Notes under the pieces: generated by a model | Seen by the model: only the letters and a program-made list of their open reading frames with translations | The model's database searches: none | Told to the model about the DNA's origin: nothing | DNA from: Fimbriimonas sp. | GTDB lineage: Bacteria; Armatimonadota; Fimbriimonadia; Fimbriimonadales; Fimbriimonadaceae | DNA length: 64,000 nt | Direction: 5' to 3' | NCBI GenBank assembly: GCA_035550555.1 | Contig: DASZPA010000135.1 | Span: 1,621-65,620, forward strand | Made by a program: the position numbers and the translations under genes | Part shown: one piece after another, positions 29,326-38,075 of the stretch | Layout of the letters: each line of letters opens with the position of its first letter | Position numbering within the stretch: the first letter of the stretch is position 1

Positions 29326-30665
29326 CGGTTCGCCTCCACTGCGTGGTGTGAAAGCTCGTCGGCTACCGATTGCAAGCGCGAAGACACGGCCACACGAACC
29401 TTTGCCAAAGCCTCTTTGGCAGAAGCGCCTCCATACAGGACCTCGTCCATGGCCCTTCCAAGCTGATCCATGTAGTAACCCTGCACGGGCATCAGGGTTC
29501 GAACATGCTTCGAGTTTTCAAGGATCTTAAGGAAAACGCCGCGGACCGGGTCTTGCCGGATGCGGTCGAACACCTGGCTCTTTCGGTAGGCAGGGAACTG
29601 CTCCATGTCGGTTGCCTCGATCTCCGTCGCTTCCCGAGAGCTGCACACCCACTTGATGAACTCGAACGCTTCGGGCCTTACTTCCCGGTTCCTTGGCACG
29701 GCCAATGACCAACCCCCGATCCACCCCGTCGGATACTCGCCGTCAGGCGGGGCGGGAATCAATCCGATGCCGATGTCCATGGTCGGCGCGTACTTCTTCA
29801 GGTCTTTGATCTGGGAGACGTGCAGGAGCCGGATTGCCGACTTGCCGGCATAGAACGGGTTGTTGCCGAGACCGACGACTTGGCTCGAGAACGCGTTGAC
29901 CTTGCGCACGTCGTATTTGCGCCCGAACTTGGCCATCCACTCCAGAGCCGCGACCACCTTGGGATTGTCGGCGGTCACGGTTCCAAGAGGATGTGTGGTG
30001 TCCGGCTCGGCGTAGAAGTTGCCGCCAAATGCGTACCCCCAGGTGAACAGCGAGTTCGCGCCCGTCCATTCCCACGGGTTCATACCGAGCTGTTTGACGA
30101 ATCCCTGCGAGTCCACCACTGTGAGCTTGTCGATGTCGCGGTCGAGCTCGTCGATCGTCCTCGGTGGCTTGTCAGGATTCAGACCCGCTTTTCGAAACAT
30201 GTCCTTGTTCCAAATAAAGGCAAAGTTCGGATCGGCTCCCCAGGGGATCGCGTAGACGCGGCCTCGAAACGTGCTCTCCTTCCAACGCGGAGTCCAGAAG
30301 TCTTCCGGCTTCAGGCCGCTCTTGTCAAAAGAGCCGGTCAGGTCCGCCAATGCTCCTCGGGCCGCCCACTCGGAAAGCTGCTGGCCGTCGACAAACGTCA
30401 CGTCCGGCCCAACGCCTCCCGCAATTGCCAGGAACAGCTTTTGGCTGCTCGTCAGGTCGTTCGAAGCGAACGACATTTTGACGTGGATTCCCGGATGAGT
30501 TCGCTCGAACTCCGCGACCAAGTGATCGAGCGCCGGCTGGAAACTGGCGTCGAAGGGTTGCCAAACGGTGATGACGTGCGGATCGGGCGTGGGTTTGGGA
30601 AGGCATCCACTCAGGGCCAGAACCGCGAGCAAGGCGGCAAACGCCCATCGAGCCTTCCTCCGCAT
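29322..30665 (-). CDS. ABC transporter extracellular solute-binding lipoprotein (family 1, sugars)
   Basis: Lipobox 'LAVLALSGC' after ATG 30665. The rest is a typical SBP_bac_1-like sequence. Confidence 0.9.
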   Translation of the reverse strand: MRRKARWAFAALLAVLALSGCLPKPTPDPHVITVWQPFDASFQPALDHLVAEFERTHPGIHVKMSFASNDLTSSQKLFLAIAGGVGPDVTFVDGQQLSEWAARGALADLTGSFDKSGLKPEDFWTPRWKESTFRGRVYAIPWGADPNFAFIWNKDMFRKAGLNPDKPPRTIDELDRDIDKLTVVDSQGFVKQLGMNPWEWTGANSLFTWGYAFGGNFYAEPDTTHPLGTVTADNPKVVAALEWMAKFGRKYDVRKVNAFSSQVVGLGNNPFYAGKSAIRLLHVSQIKDLKKYAPTMDIGIGLIPAPPDGEYPTGWIGGWSLAVPRNREVRPEAFEFIKWVCSSREATEIEATDMEQFPAYRKSQVFDRIRQDPVRGVFLKILENSKHVRTLMPVQGYYMDQLGRAMDEVLYGGASAKEALAKVRVAVSSRLQSVADELSHHAVEANR

Positions 30666-30709
30666 CGCCTTAACATAGCCCAATTGGCGCGGAATCGCAA
30701 AGGCGAGTC

Positions 30710-33700
30710 TTAATAGCGGCAAACAACGTTCACCGTGCCCTTCAAGCCGGCGAGGCTAACCACTTCCTTGTAGGTGTCGAACTTGCTCCACGGACGGCCG
30801 TTCACGGTGACGGACCTCATCGGCATGCCTCTTGGATGACGAAGCCGCAGAAGGATCACCTTGGCTTGGCTCCGGTCAGGAATGGAAACCTCGGCGGCGA
30901 TTTGCCCGTGGTCGACATCCGATGTGATCTTGTACGACATGGTTCCGAAGCAAGTCGGCGCGTTTCGCACGGAAATCTCTTTGCCTTGTTCGAGCCAAGC
31001 ACGCGGCGTGCCTTTCGCGAGCCAAAGCTCGGAGCCCTCCTCCATCACCAGCAGATTTCGAAACCGCTCGAGGAAAGCAGCCTCTTCGAAGATCTTGTCT
31101 GGAGGGCCATGCACGGCGTGCTCGTTGAACGTATAGCCCTGGTCAGGCAAAATGTCGACGGCGTAGCCGTTTAGCATCGAGCGCAGGAACTCCGGAATGC
31201 CGTCCGCAGCCAAGTGCATGTTGGCCGTCCGCTCCAGGCCTGTCTGATACTGCCATCCCGCCATGAACCAGTCGCGGTCGCCGACGTTCTTGTTCTCCAA
31301 TAGCAGCCGGTCTTCGAGAACGTCCAGATACCCCTGAACGCGCACGTCGTCGGCTGGAAGCAGACCCGCAGGGCTGACGAGCGCAGCAGCGGTTTGGACT
31401 GTGTCCCAGTAGAGCGGCCCGACGTGCGTGCCCGAGCCGTCGCGATTCCATCCCCAGGCGCCCGTTGCCAGGCCTCGGACGTAGCATGCAAACGGAATGA
31501 CCGAGTGGTAGGTCCCATCGCGAACCGGAACCACCGGCGATAAGGCGATCGAACGCTCGACCGCAGTTCGGAGATCCTTCCGGTAGGCGTCGGCCTCCTT
31601 CTTCAGCCTTGCGCCGCCTGCTGGATCGATATCGGCTAGGACGTCAGCCAGACGATCGACCGCCGACCAGTAGTAGGCCTCGCACTCGTAAAACTGCATC
31701 CAGAGCCCGCCGCTGTCCGGCGTGACCTGCAGCGCCGGCTGAAGGCCTTTGCACCAAAGGCGTTCGCCTCCCGGCACCGAGTCGGTGATTACTTTGCGCT
31801 GCCGCAGCATCCATTCAGCGTTCGCGGCCATCCGAGAAGCGTTCTTGATGAGCCAACTCTTGTCGCCAGTCAGTCTGTAGTGCTGTGTCAGCGCCCAACC
31901 GATAGACCCGGCGCCGAAAGCGTGGATCCCGTCCATGTTGCCGCCGTAGCCATCGGGGCCAACAGCGTAGGTTAGAGCGCCTTTGCCCTCTGAAAAGAGG
32001 CCGACCGGATGGTCGCGCTCGAGAGGCAGAGAAAGCCACTGGTCATAACCGTCGGCCGCTGCGTCGCCAGCGCCCATGAGGTCGAGAACGTGCAGAACGA
32101 GGTACGTCTCAGCGGCCAAGATGCCGTATGGGTAGTCGTTGAACCAAAGCCGGCCCGTCTGTGGATTGACGCCGCAATGGCGCACCAAGTGCCAAACCCC
32201 GAGGTTCCACTGTGCCGTCAACCTCTGCGAAGGTACCTTCACCTGCATCGGCGGCAACGATGTCTCGGGCGCAGCGGGGTGAGGTGGCAAGTTCGTTCCG
32301 CGAGTTGCTGTGACCGCACCCTTCCACGTCTGCTCGGCGTGGAGCCGAGTCTTCTCGCGGATCGTCTGCAGTCCTCGCGAGGCCAGCTCCGCCAGATACT
32401 CTTTCGCGGATTTGGCGTTCGAGTCCAGCTTGATGGGCGGCTCGGAAGCCAAGCTACCCGGATCGAGCATCGGGTCTTGATAGCAGAAGCGCCAGACTCC
32501 TGCGTTTCCGAAGCCGTCTGGATGCGGGTTGGCTCCTTGCAGTGATCCGGCCACATCTTTGGCCAGGTTCCAAGACCGGCCCAGTCCACCCACCTCGGTA
32601 AGTGTCCAGTCGATCAGCGTGGTGTCACAGGTGTAATCGCCTTTTGGGCCGATGATCAGCGAAACGGAGTCCCCGGGTTCGACTTCGATGGACCGATCAA
32701 GCCGAATCGAGTGCGAGCCCTGGCCGTCCGTGACGCCGTGCGTCAAAACGGTTCGACGGTGCTGCTTCTCTTCGACAATCCACCACTCGATTCCGTTGCT
32801 TCCCTTTTGGGCATGGGTGAGTGTGGCGCTGAGGGAGACCTGGCCCTTAAGGGGGCTTCGCCACTGCGTGAGCACATCCACCGAGCGGCCGGGATGCATC
32901 GCGACGGCGCCCGTGGGGAAAGTAATTCCCTTTGCTGAAACCGTCTCGGTGGTCGAGTTCGCCGCAACGATCGGCGTGTCATCGGAGCCCCACCCTTTGA
33001 GACGCGAGTCGCCAACGACGCTCGCCATCCGCGTGACGAACGGCACTGGCACGACTCGACGGGCTGCAGGCGGTCCAGACGGAGCCAAAGGGCTTGTTCG
33101 GCGAACGAAGAATCCGTACTCCGGAGCTAGGATCGGGCCGTTCTCCAAGTCGGCGGCCAGGAAGGAGAACGAGCCTGATCTCGTCCAAATGGTCACGATC
33201 GTTCGGGCTACGTCGTCAGCTTGGGACGTGAACTCCTGCCTGCGGCGCCATTTGGAAGTGCCCATATAGAGGAGGCTGAACCTGATGCCGCGGCGGTTTG
33301 CACTCCCGCCTGTAGAGGTCCAAGTGTTTGTGCCAGCGACGGCTGTGTTTGCAGCCAACCGTTGAAGGCCGCCGACGCGTCCGTCATAGGTCTCCAAGTG
33401 GCCGCTATAGTCGAGCCCGGCCCGGGCGGCTTCATAGCCCCACTCGACCTCCAGATCCATCTCCTTCCAGGTGTCCGGAACCAGAACCTGCGCATCGGGC
33501 ATGTCGTAGGACGAGGCAGCCAAGTCTCCCCTGAGGCTGACAACCAAGCCGCAACTTTCTCGACCCAGGGGAAAGACGTACGTCTTTCCATTCTCAGTAA
33601 CGGCTGGCTTCTGATCAAGCGGAACGGCGTCGAGGTTGTTCCACCAGGAGCTGGACGAACCGTGATTGACCAACAGATGGACCTGAAGCGACTCCGGCGG

Positions 33701-34012
33701 AGGAATCCGCGTGCCAGCCGCCCAAGTGAGCTTCAGCTCTTGCAACGGCCGGATCTCCTCCCACAGGAAGCCGCAGAGAGCGCGCCTAATGGCTGGGTTG
33801 GCTAGATCGACGGGTTCGTTGAGCGGCAGTCCGGCGACGTGCTTCAGCGCAAGCCAGCTTTCGGGATCGTTCGCATCGGGTTTGCGGTCAGATCGAAAGC
33901 GATACGCGCTTGGAGCGATATCGACCGGCTTGCCCACAAGGTCGTCCGGTTTTTGAGCCGAGGCCTGAAAAGCGAGCATGAACAGGAGCAAGAGGCAAAC
34001 AAATGACCTCAT
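30710..34012 (-). CDS. large secreted protein, C-terminal six-hairpin (alpha/alpha)6 glycosidase-like region; N-terminal ~600 aa unassigned
   Basis: 1100 aa from ATG 34012, which overlaps the upstream TGA (ATGA). Signal peptide 'MRSFVCLLLLFMLAFQASAQ'. The C-terminal half ('GAGSIGWALTQHYRLTGDKSWL...FYECEAYYW...') resembles six-hairpin glycoside hydrolases. The functional call is tentative. Confidence 0.6.
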   Translation of the reverse strand: MRSFVCLLLLFMLAFQASAQKPDDLVGKPVDIAPSAYRFRSDRKPDANDPESWLALKHVAGLPLNEPVDLANPAIRRALCGFLWEEIRPLQELKLTWAAGTRIPPPESLQVHLLVNHGSSSSWWNNLDAVPLDQKPAVTENGKTYVFPLGRESCGLVVSLRGDLAASSYDMPDAQVLVPDTWKEMDLEVEWGYEAARAGLDYSGHLETYDGRVGGLQRLAANTAVAGTNTWTSTGGSANRRGIRFSLLYMGTSKWRRRQEFTSQADDVARTIVTIWTRSGSFSFLAADLENGPILAPEYGFFVRRTSPLAPSGPPAARRVVPVPFVTRMASVVGDSRLKGWGSDDTPIVAANSTTETVSAKGITFPTGAVAMHPGRSVDVLTQWRSPLKGQVSLSATLTHAQKGSNGIEWWIVEEKQHRRTVLTHGVTDGQGSHSIRLDRSIEVEPGDSVSLIIGPKGDYTCDTTLIDWTLTEVGGLGRSWNLAKDVAGSLQGANPHPDGFGNAGVWRFCYQDPMLDPGSLASEPPIKLDSNAKSAKEYLAELASRGLQTIREKTRLHAEQTWKGAVTATRGTNLPPHPAAPETSLPPMQVKVPSQRLTAQWNLGVWHLVRHCGVNPQTGRLWFNDYPYGILAAETYLVLHVLDLMGAGDAAADGYDQWLSLPLERDHPVGLFSEGKGALTYAVGPDGYGGNMDGIHAFGAGSIGWALTQHYRLTGDKSWLIKNASRMAANAEWMLRQRKVITDSVPGGERLWCKGLQPALQVTPDSGGLWMQFYECEAYYWSAVDRLADVLADIDPAGGARLKKEADAYRKDLRTAVERSIALSPVVPVRDGTYHSVIPFACYVRGLATGAWGWNRDGSGTHVGPLYWDTVQTAAALVSPAGLLPADDVRVQGYLDVLEDRLLLENKNVGDRDWFMAGWQYQTGLERTANMHLAADGIPEFLRSMLNGYAVDILPDQGYTFNEHAVHGPPDKIFEEAAFLERFRNLLVMEEGSELWLAKGTPRAWLEQGKEISVRNAPTCFGTMSYKITSDVDHGQIAAEVSIPDRSQAKVILLRLRHPRGMPMRSVTVNGRPWSKFDTYKEVVSLAGLKGTVNVVCRY

Positions 34013-34935
34013 GAGACCGAGACATGCCGGTCGATGATCGACGCCGAGCGTCCTAAAACCCCATCCGTTGCCGACGGCGGTTTCTTCAGGAACTCCGACT
34101 CGACACCCTCGACCTTCAAGAAGCCGTCGGAGGTCAACTCCATGAAGGCGAACAGCGGCTTCGAATACGGATACATGCCGCCGCCCCAGAAATAGCTGGC
34201 CGAGTTGACGCAGTAGTAGGGGATTCCGTCCACATGCTCCAACCGGTCGACGTGAAGATGGCCGAACATCGAAAGAGCGACGGTGCCGCGAGGATTGAGC
34301 GCCTTGGCCTCCGAGACGATGTCGAGGATCTGTAGCTGCTCCGGCGGGATTTGCTGTCCTGGCTCCGCGAATCCGAGCGGCTGGTGGCTGATGAGGATGA
34401 CCGGCTTCGCGGAGTTCAGCAGCTCGTTTTCCAGCCAGCGAAGCTGCTCCGGATCGGCCCAGTTGCAAGTGATTCCGTCTTGAAAATAGTTGCCGTGCGA
34501 GTAGGGCAGGATTTGGCCGTCCTTTTTGAAGTGGTTCAGGTCAAGCACGACGAACTTGTAGTCCCCAAAAATAGTGCTGCCGTACCGCTTCTTCATGCCC
34601 CAAAGCCGCACCGGCGTGTCTTTGTCGCACTTGTCCATATCGTGATTGCCCAGCACGTGGATCTTCGGATAGGGCAGGTCGAGAAACATCTTCGTGCACT
34701 CGGCCGAGTCGGGCATCGAGTAGTTGAAGTCGCCCATCTGCATCACGAATCGCAGATCGGACCTTCTCCGAACCTCCTCGCAAAACGCCTGAAGCCGCGA
34801 GAGAGCATCGGGAGCGAGGCCGTGGTGAAGGTCGGTGATCACCGCGAACTTGAGAGGCCGCCGCTTCGCAGGCTCCAAGGAGAGTGGCAAAAGCATGGTC
34901 GCCGCGCCGCCAACGAGAAAGTCGCGCCGTGTCAT
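34009..34935 (-). CDS. Tat-exported calcineurin-like metallophosphoesterase
   Basis: 'MTRRDFLVGGAATMLL' is a twin-arginine leader. The motifs 'ITDLHHG', 'MGDFN', 'GNHD', 'ISHQP' and 'GHLH' are present. Confidence 0.85.
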   Translation of the reverse strand: MTRRDFLVGGAATMLLPLSLEPAKRRPLKFAVITDLHHGLAPDALSRLQAFCEEVRRRSDLRFVMQMGDFNYSMPDSAECTKMFLDLPYPKIHVLGNHDMDKCDKDTPVRLWGMKKRYGSTIFGDYKFVVLDLNHFKKDGQILPYSHGNYFQDGITCNWADPEQLRWLENELLNSAKPVILISHQPLGFAEPGQQIPPEQLQILDIVSEAKALNPRGTVALSMFGHLHVDRLEHVDGIPYYCVNSASYFWGGGMYPYSKPLFAFMELTSDGFLKVEGVESEFLKKPPSATDGVLGRSASIIDRHVSVS

Positions 34936-35015
34936 GACAGCATTATAGGGATCGGAAGATTTGAGGTGCGCGATTTCTTCCAGGGCTGGTACGTCGCGGC
35001 GATATCCTTATTTCG

Positions 35016-35663
35016 ATGGGTGCACCAGGCAAGAAACATCGAGGCCGCAAAGCTCGGCCGGATAGCCCGAACCCTCCATCGACCGATTTCGAGGAGTTCG
35101 ACCAATACCTGTTTCTGGTCAGCCGGAACGTTGACGAAGAGCTCGACGAGTTCCTTTGCCAGAAGGGTGACGTGCAAGTGGCTAGGTGGCTTGTCGAGAT
35201 CCTATCGAACTGGAAGCATTGGGCGGCGCCCCTTTCCCACAAGGATCAGAACACGGTGCTCTGGCGCATTGGGTGTAACCCCCTGTTCTTGGGCTGGAAT
35301 CTCGAACCTCGATCGAAACTCGACTACGAAGACCAGATTGCGATTGTCCAAGCCGCTAAGGAGGTAACGCTATCCATTCCGCTGCTATTCGCTCCCGACG
35401 AGCCCATGGAAAACGCCTATTACATGTGGTGGGACCTCTTGGCGTCCGATGTCGTCGACCGTGCGATTGGATCCGCGATCCTTGAGACGCTCTCCGACCT
35501 GAGCCTGCATCCCGACGTGCGGGTGCAAATCAGCGCGATACACGGCTTGGGACACCTGCAACATCCTGGCCGACCAAGCGCCGTCGATCGTTACCTTCAG
35601 TTCCATCCCGAACTCGCTCGGGATACATGGATCCTGCAATGTCGAAGCGGCACCGTCATGTAG
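35016..35663 (+). CDS. hypothetical protein
   Basis: 215-aa ORF with a basic, probably disordered N-terminus followed by a helical body ('ISAIHGLGHLQHPG'). No family recognised. Start uncertain. Confidence 0.45.
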   Translation: MGAPGKKHRGRKARPDSPNPPSTDFEEFDQYLFLVSRNVDEELDEFLCQKGDVQVARWLVEILSNWKHWAAPLSHKDQNTVLWRIGCNPLFLGWNLEPRSKLDYEDQIAIVQAAKEVTLSIPLLFAPDEPMENAYYMWWDLLASDVVDRAIGSAILETLSDLSLHPDVRVQISAIHGLGHLQHPGRPSAVDRYLQFHPELARDTWILQCRSGTVM

Positions 35664-35748
35664 CCGGTCGCCCAACCTTCTGACCGTCAGGGGACAAGCC
35701 TCATGACACCGGGCAAGGGCCAATATAGGGGGTTGGCGATGCGGGTGT

Positions 35749-37098
35749 TTGCGCATCGATCCCACACAAGTAGCATCTCGCCACGATATTTGTGCGTTTC
35801 TTAATAGAGTGAAGCGTTTCCGGCCGACGGCATTTCTGGGTTTCGCCATTTCGCCGTTGGTCTTCGGCGGACTCGTTCAAGACCAAGATAGCGCGATTCA
35901 GAACGAGTATCTTTCCGCGAAACCCACTGACGCCGTTTCGAAGCTGGTAGAGCAGGTCCGAGGCGGCGCCGTCAAGCTGTCGTACGAGCCGAAGCAAGGC
36001 TATCTGAGGTCGGTTCTGAAGGAGCTCGGCATCTCGCCTACCTCCCAAATTCTCGTCTTTTCCAAGACCAGCCTCCAGACCGCGTTCATCTCGCCTCTCA
36101 CCCCGCGAGCCATCTACTTCAACGACCATGCCTATGTCGGCTGGATACCCGGCGCGCCGAACATCGAGATCGCCTCGGTCGACCCGCAAGTGGGGCCGAT
36201 CTTTTACACGCTCCACAACGTGGCCTCTACGAAGCCGGCGCTCCAGCACCAAACCCTGGAGTGTCTCCAATGCCACGACTCCCCCATGACCAAGCAGATC
36301 CCCGGTGTGATGGCGAGGTCGGTGTACGCGGGAGCGGATGGTCAGCTTCGCTTAGCCGGCGGCTCTTACCTGACGACCGCCAAGAGCCCGATGAGCGAGC
36401 GGTGGGGCGGCTGGTATGTGACCGGCGCCCATGGCGAACAGCGACACATGGGGAACGAGGTGGCAAGAGGCAGCGACGAGAACCCGACGATCGACGAGGA
36501 ACGTGGGGCCAACGTGACCGACCTCAAGAGCTACTTCGACGTCGATTCCTACCTATCTCCCCATTCGGATATCGTGGCGCTGATGGTCGCTGAGCAGCAG
36601 ATGGAGATCCAAAACCTGATCACCAAGGCCGGCTTTGTCACGCGAAGTGCGACCAAAGATAGCGTCAACCTGCTCAAGTACGGCTTCACCGCGGATCATG
36701 TGAAAGAAGAAACCGACGAGCGCATTCGCCATGCCTGTGAGCCGCTGGTCGAGGCGCTGCTTTGCTCTGGCGAGCCACCCTTGACAGACCCGGTGAAAGG
36801 CACCAGCGGCTTCACCGCCTATTTCTCCAAGAGCTCTCGCCCTGATGAGAACGGTCGACGCCTGAGCGAGCTCGATCTTAAAACGAGGCTGCTCCGATAT
36901 CCGTGCAGTCCGATGATCTACTCCGAAGCGTTCGACGGCCTGCCGCCCGAAGCGAAGGAAGCGGTCTTTAAGCGACTCGACGACGTCTTGAGCGGCAAAG
37001 ACCAGTCACAGCCGTTCGCAAGCCTAACTGTTGATGACCGAAAAGCAATTCTGGAAATCCTGCGCGACACCTTGCCGGAGTTCCCCAAAACCGAGTAA
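35749..37098 (+). CDS. putative secreted c-type heme-binding protein (single CXXCH), family unknown
   Basis: 449-aa ORF opening at TTG 35749. GTG 35809 would give 'VKRFRPTAFLGFAISPLVFGG', which looks like a signal sequence. One 'CLQCH' motif. The remainder is unassigned. Confidence 0.6.
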   Translation: MRIDPTQVASRHDICAFLNRVKRFRPTAFLGFAISPLVFGGLVQDQDSAIQNEYLSAKPTDAVSKLVEQVRGGAVKLSYEPKQGYLRSVLKELGISPTSQILVFSKTSLQTAFISPLTPRAIYFNDHAYVGWIPGAPNIEIASVDPQVGPIFYTLHNVASTKPALQHQTLECLQCHDSPMTKQIPGVMARSVYAGADGQLRLAGGSYLTTAKSPMSERWGGWYVTGAHGEQRHMGNEVARGSDENPTIDEERGANVTDLKSYFDVDSYLSPHSDIVALMVAEQQMEIQNLITKAGFVTRSATKDSVNLLKYGFTADHVKEETDERIRHACEPLVEALLCSGEPPLTDPVKGTSGFTAYFSKSSRPDENGRRLSELDLKTRLLRYPCSPMIYSEAFDGLPPEAKEAVFKRLDDVLSGKDQSQPFASLTVDDRKAILEILRDTLPEFPKTE

Positions 37099-37519
37099 AA
37101 GGCAGTTCCATTGCGCGGCTCAGTCGTGTACGCAATTAAACGTCTCTCATCGGCAATCTCGCTTAGGAGGCCCGCGAACTCAGCGCCAAGAGCGCGACGG
37201 ATTCCAGCCCCCACCGCAGGCGTGGGATCGCGCCATCGACACATTCCCAGGGCCGAAGGCCCGATCAATAGTCTCTTGAAGCAAGTGATGGTGTGAACAC
37301 GACGTCCCACTTCATTGTCTCGACACTTCGATCTGGCAAGATGCCCGCATCACTCGCTTGAAAGCTGCGTCAACGCCAAAACCGTGAGATCCCCGTGCAG
37401 CCGAAAGCCTCCAACTAAACCTAGTAGTAATTCGGGGAAACCTTTGCACCATTCTGGCAGTCTCACTAGCCTAATCTGGCAAATACGCCAGCTGCCTCAC
37501 GTTAGCGAAAGAAGAGACC

Positions 37520-37714
37520 ATGAGCATTTCGACCCTCCTAATCATCTTTCTCCTGATCGCAGCCGCTGGCGTGAGCGTTCACGGCGCGATGGGCACGGTG
37601 ATCGTCGTTCTTGCGGCTGCATGGTTCATCGGCGGTCTCGGATATCACGGTTCCAAGTTGGGCTATTACGGCGTTGGGGGCAGGCCCTGGTTTCGCGCTT
37701 GGTGGATTAAATAG
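37520..37714 (+). CDS. small two-TM membrane protein (hypothetical)
   Basis: 64 aa. 'LLIIFLLIAAAGVSV' and 'VIVVLAAAWFIGGLGY'. A purine-rich stretch GAAAGAAGAGA lies upstream of the ATG. Confidence 0.4.
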   Translation: MSISTLLIIFLLIAAAGVSVHGAMGTVIVVLAAAWFIGGLGYHGSKLGYYGVGGRPWFRAWWIK

Positions 37715-37736
37715 GGCGACGTGCAACGGCCAATCG

Positions 37737-38075
37737 CTACATGTGCTGCCGGTGAGGTCCGTCGGCATGCAGCCACAGATTCACGAACGGGTCGTCCTCG
37801 CTGCTGATGAGGTGGTGGTCTTCTCCGGGTTCGACGACAAAGACATCCCCGGCGCGTGCCGGCTCCCTGATTCCGTCGACTTCGATCCATCCTGATCCTT
37901 GGAGCAAGCAGAAGATCTCCTGGTCTACTTCGAGATGCGGGCGCTCATCGTCGTGCGAGATGTGGCTCGGCCGATGAAACGACACGCCTGCCTTATAGAG
38001 GCGCGAACCGTCGACGATCTTGGCGAAGATGTGGGGACCGTCGAACTCCAAATCGGAAAGCCGGTAGCGCCTCAA
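37737..38075 (-). CDS. cupin domain protein
   Basis: 'GVSFHRPSHISHDDERPHLEVDQEIFCLLQGSG...GDVFVVEPGEDHHL'. TTG 38075 is preceded by GGAGG (7-nt spacer) and overlaps the upstream TGA (TTGA). The ATG 38150 alternative would overlap the upstream gene by 79 nt. Confidence 0.7.
   Translation of the reverse strand: MRRYRLSDLEFDGPHIFAKIVDGSRLYKAGVSFHRPSHISHDDERPHLEVDQEIFCLLQGSGWIEVDGIREPARAGDVFVVEPGEDHHLISSEDDPFVNLWLHADGPHRQHM

Noticed and set aside
30710-34468. 1252-aa ORF as given in the track
   Set aside because: The first 152 codons overlap the 3' part of the metallophosphoesterase gene (34009..34935) in another frame and read as Arg/Gly/Ala-rich junk. ATG 34012 gives a canonical signal peptide and an ATGA overlap with the upstream stop.
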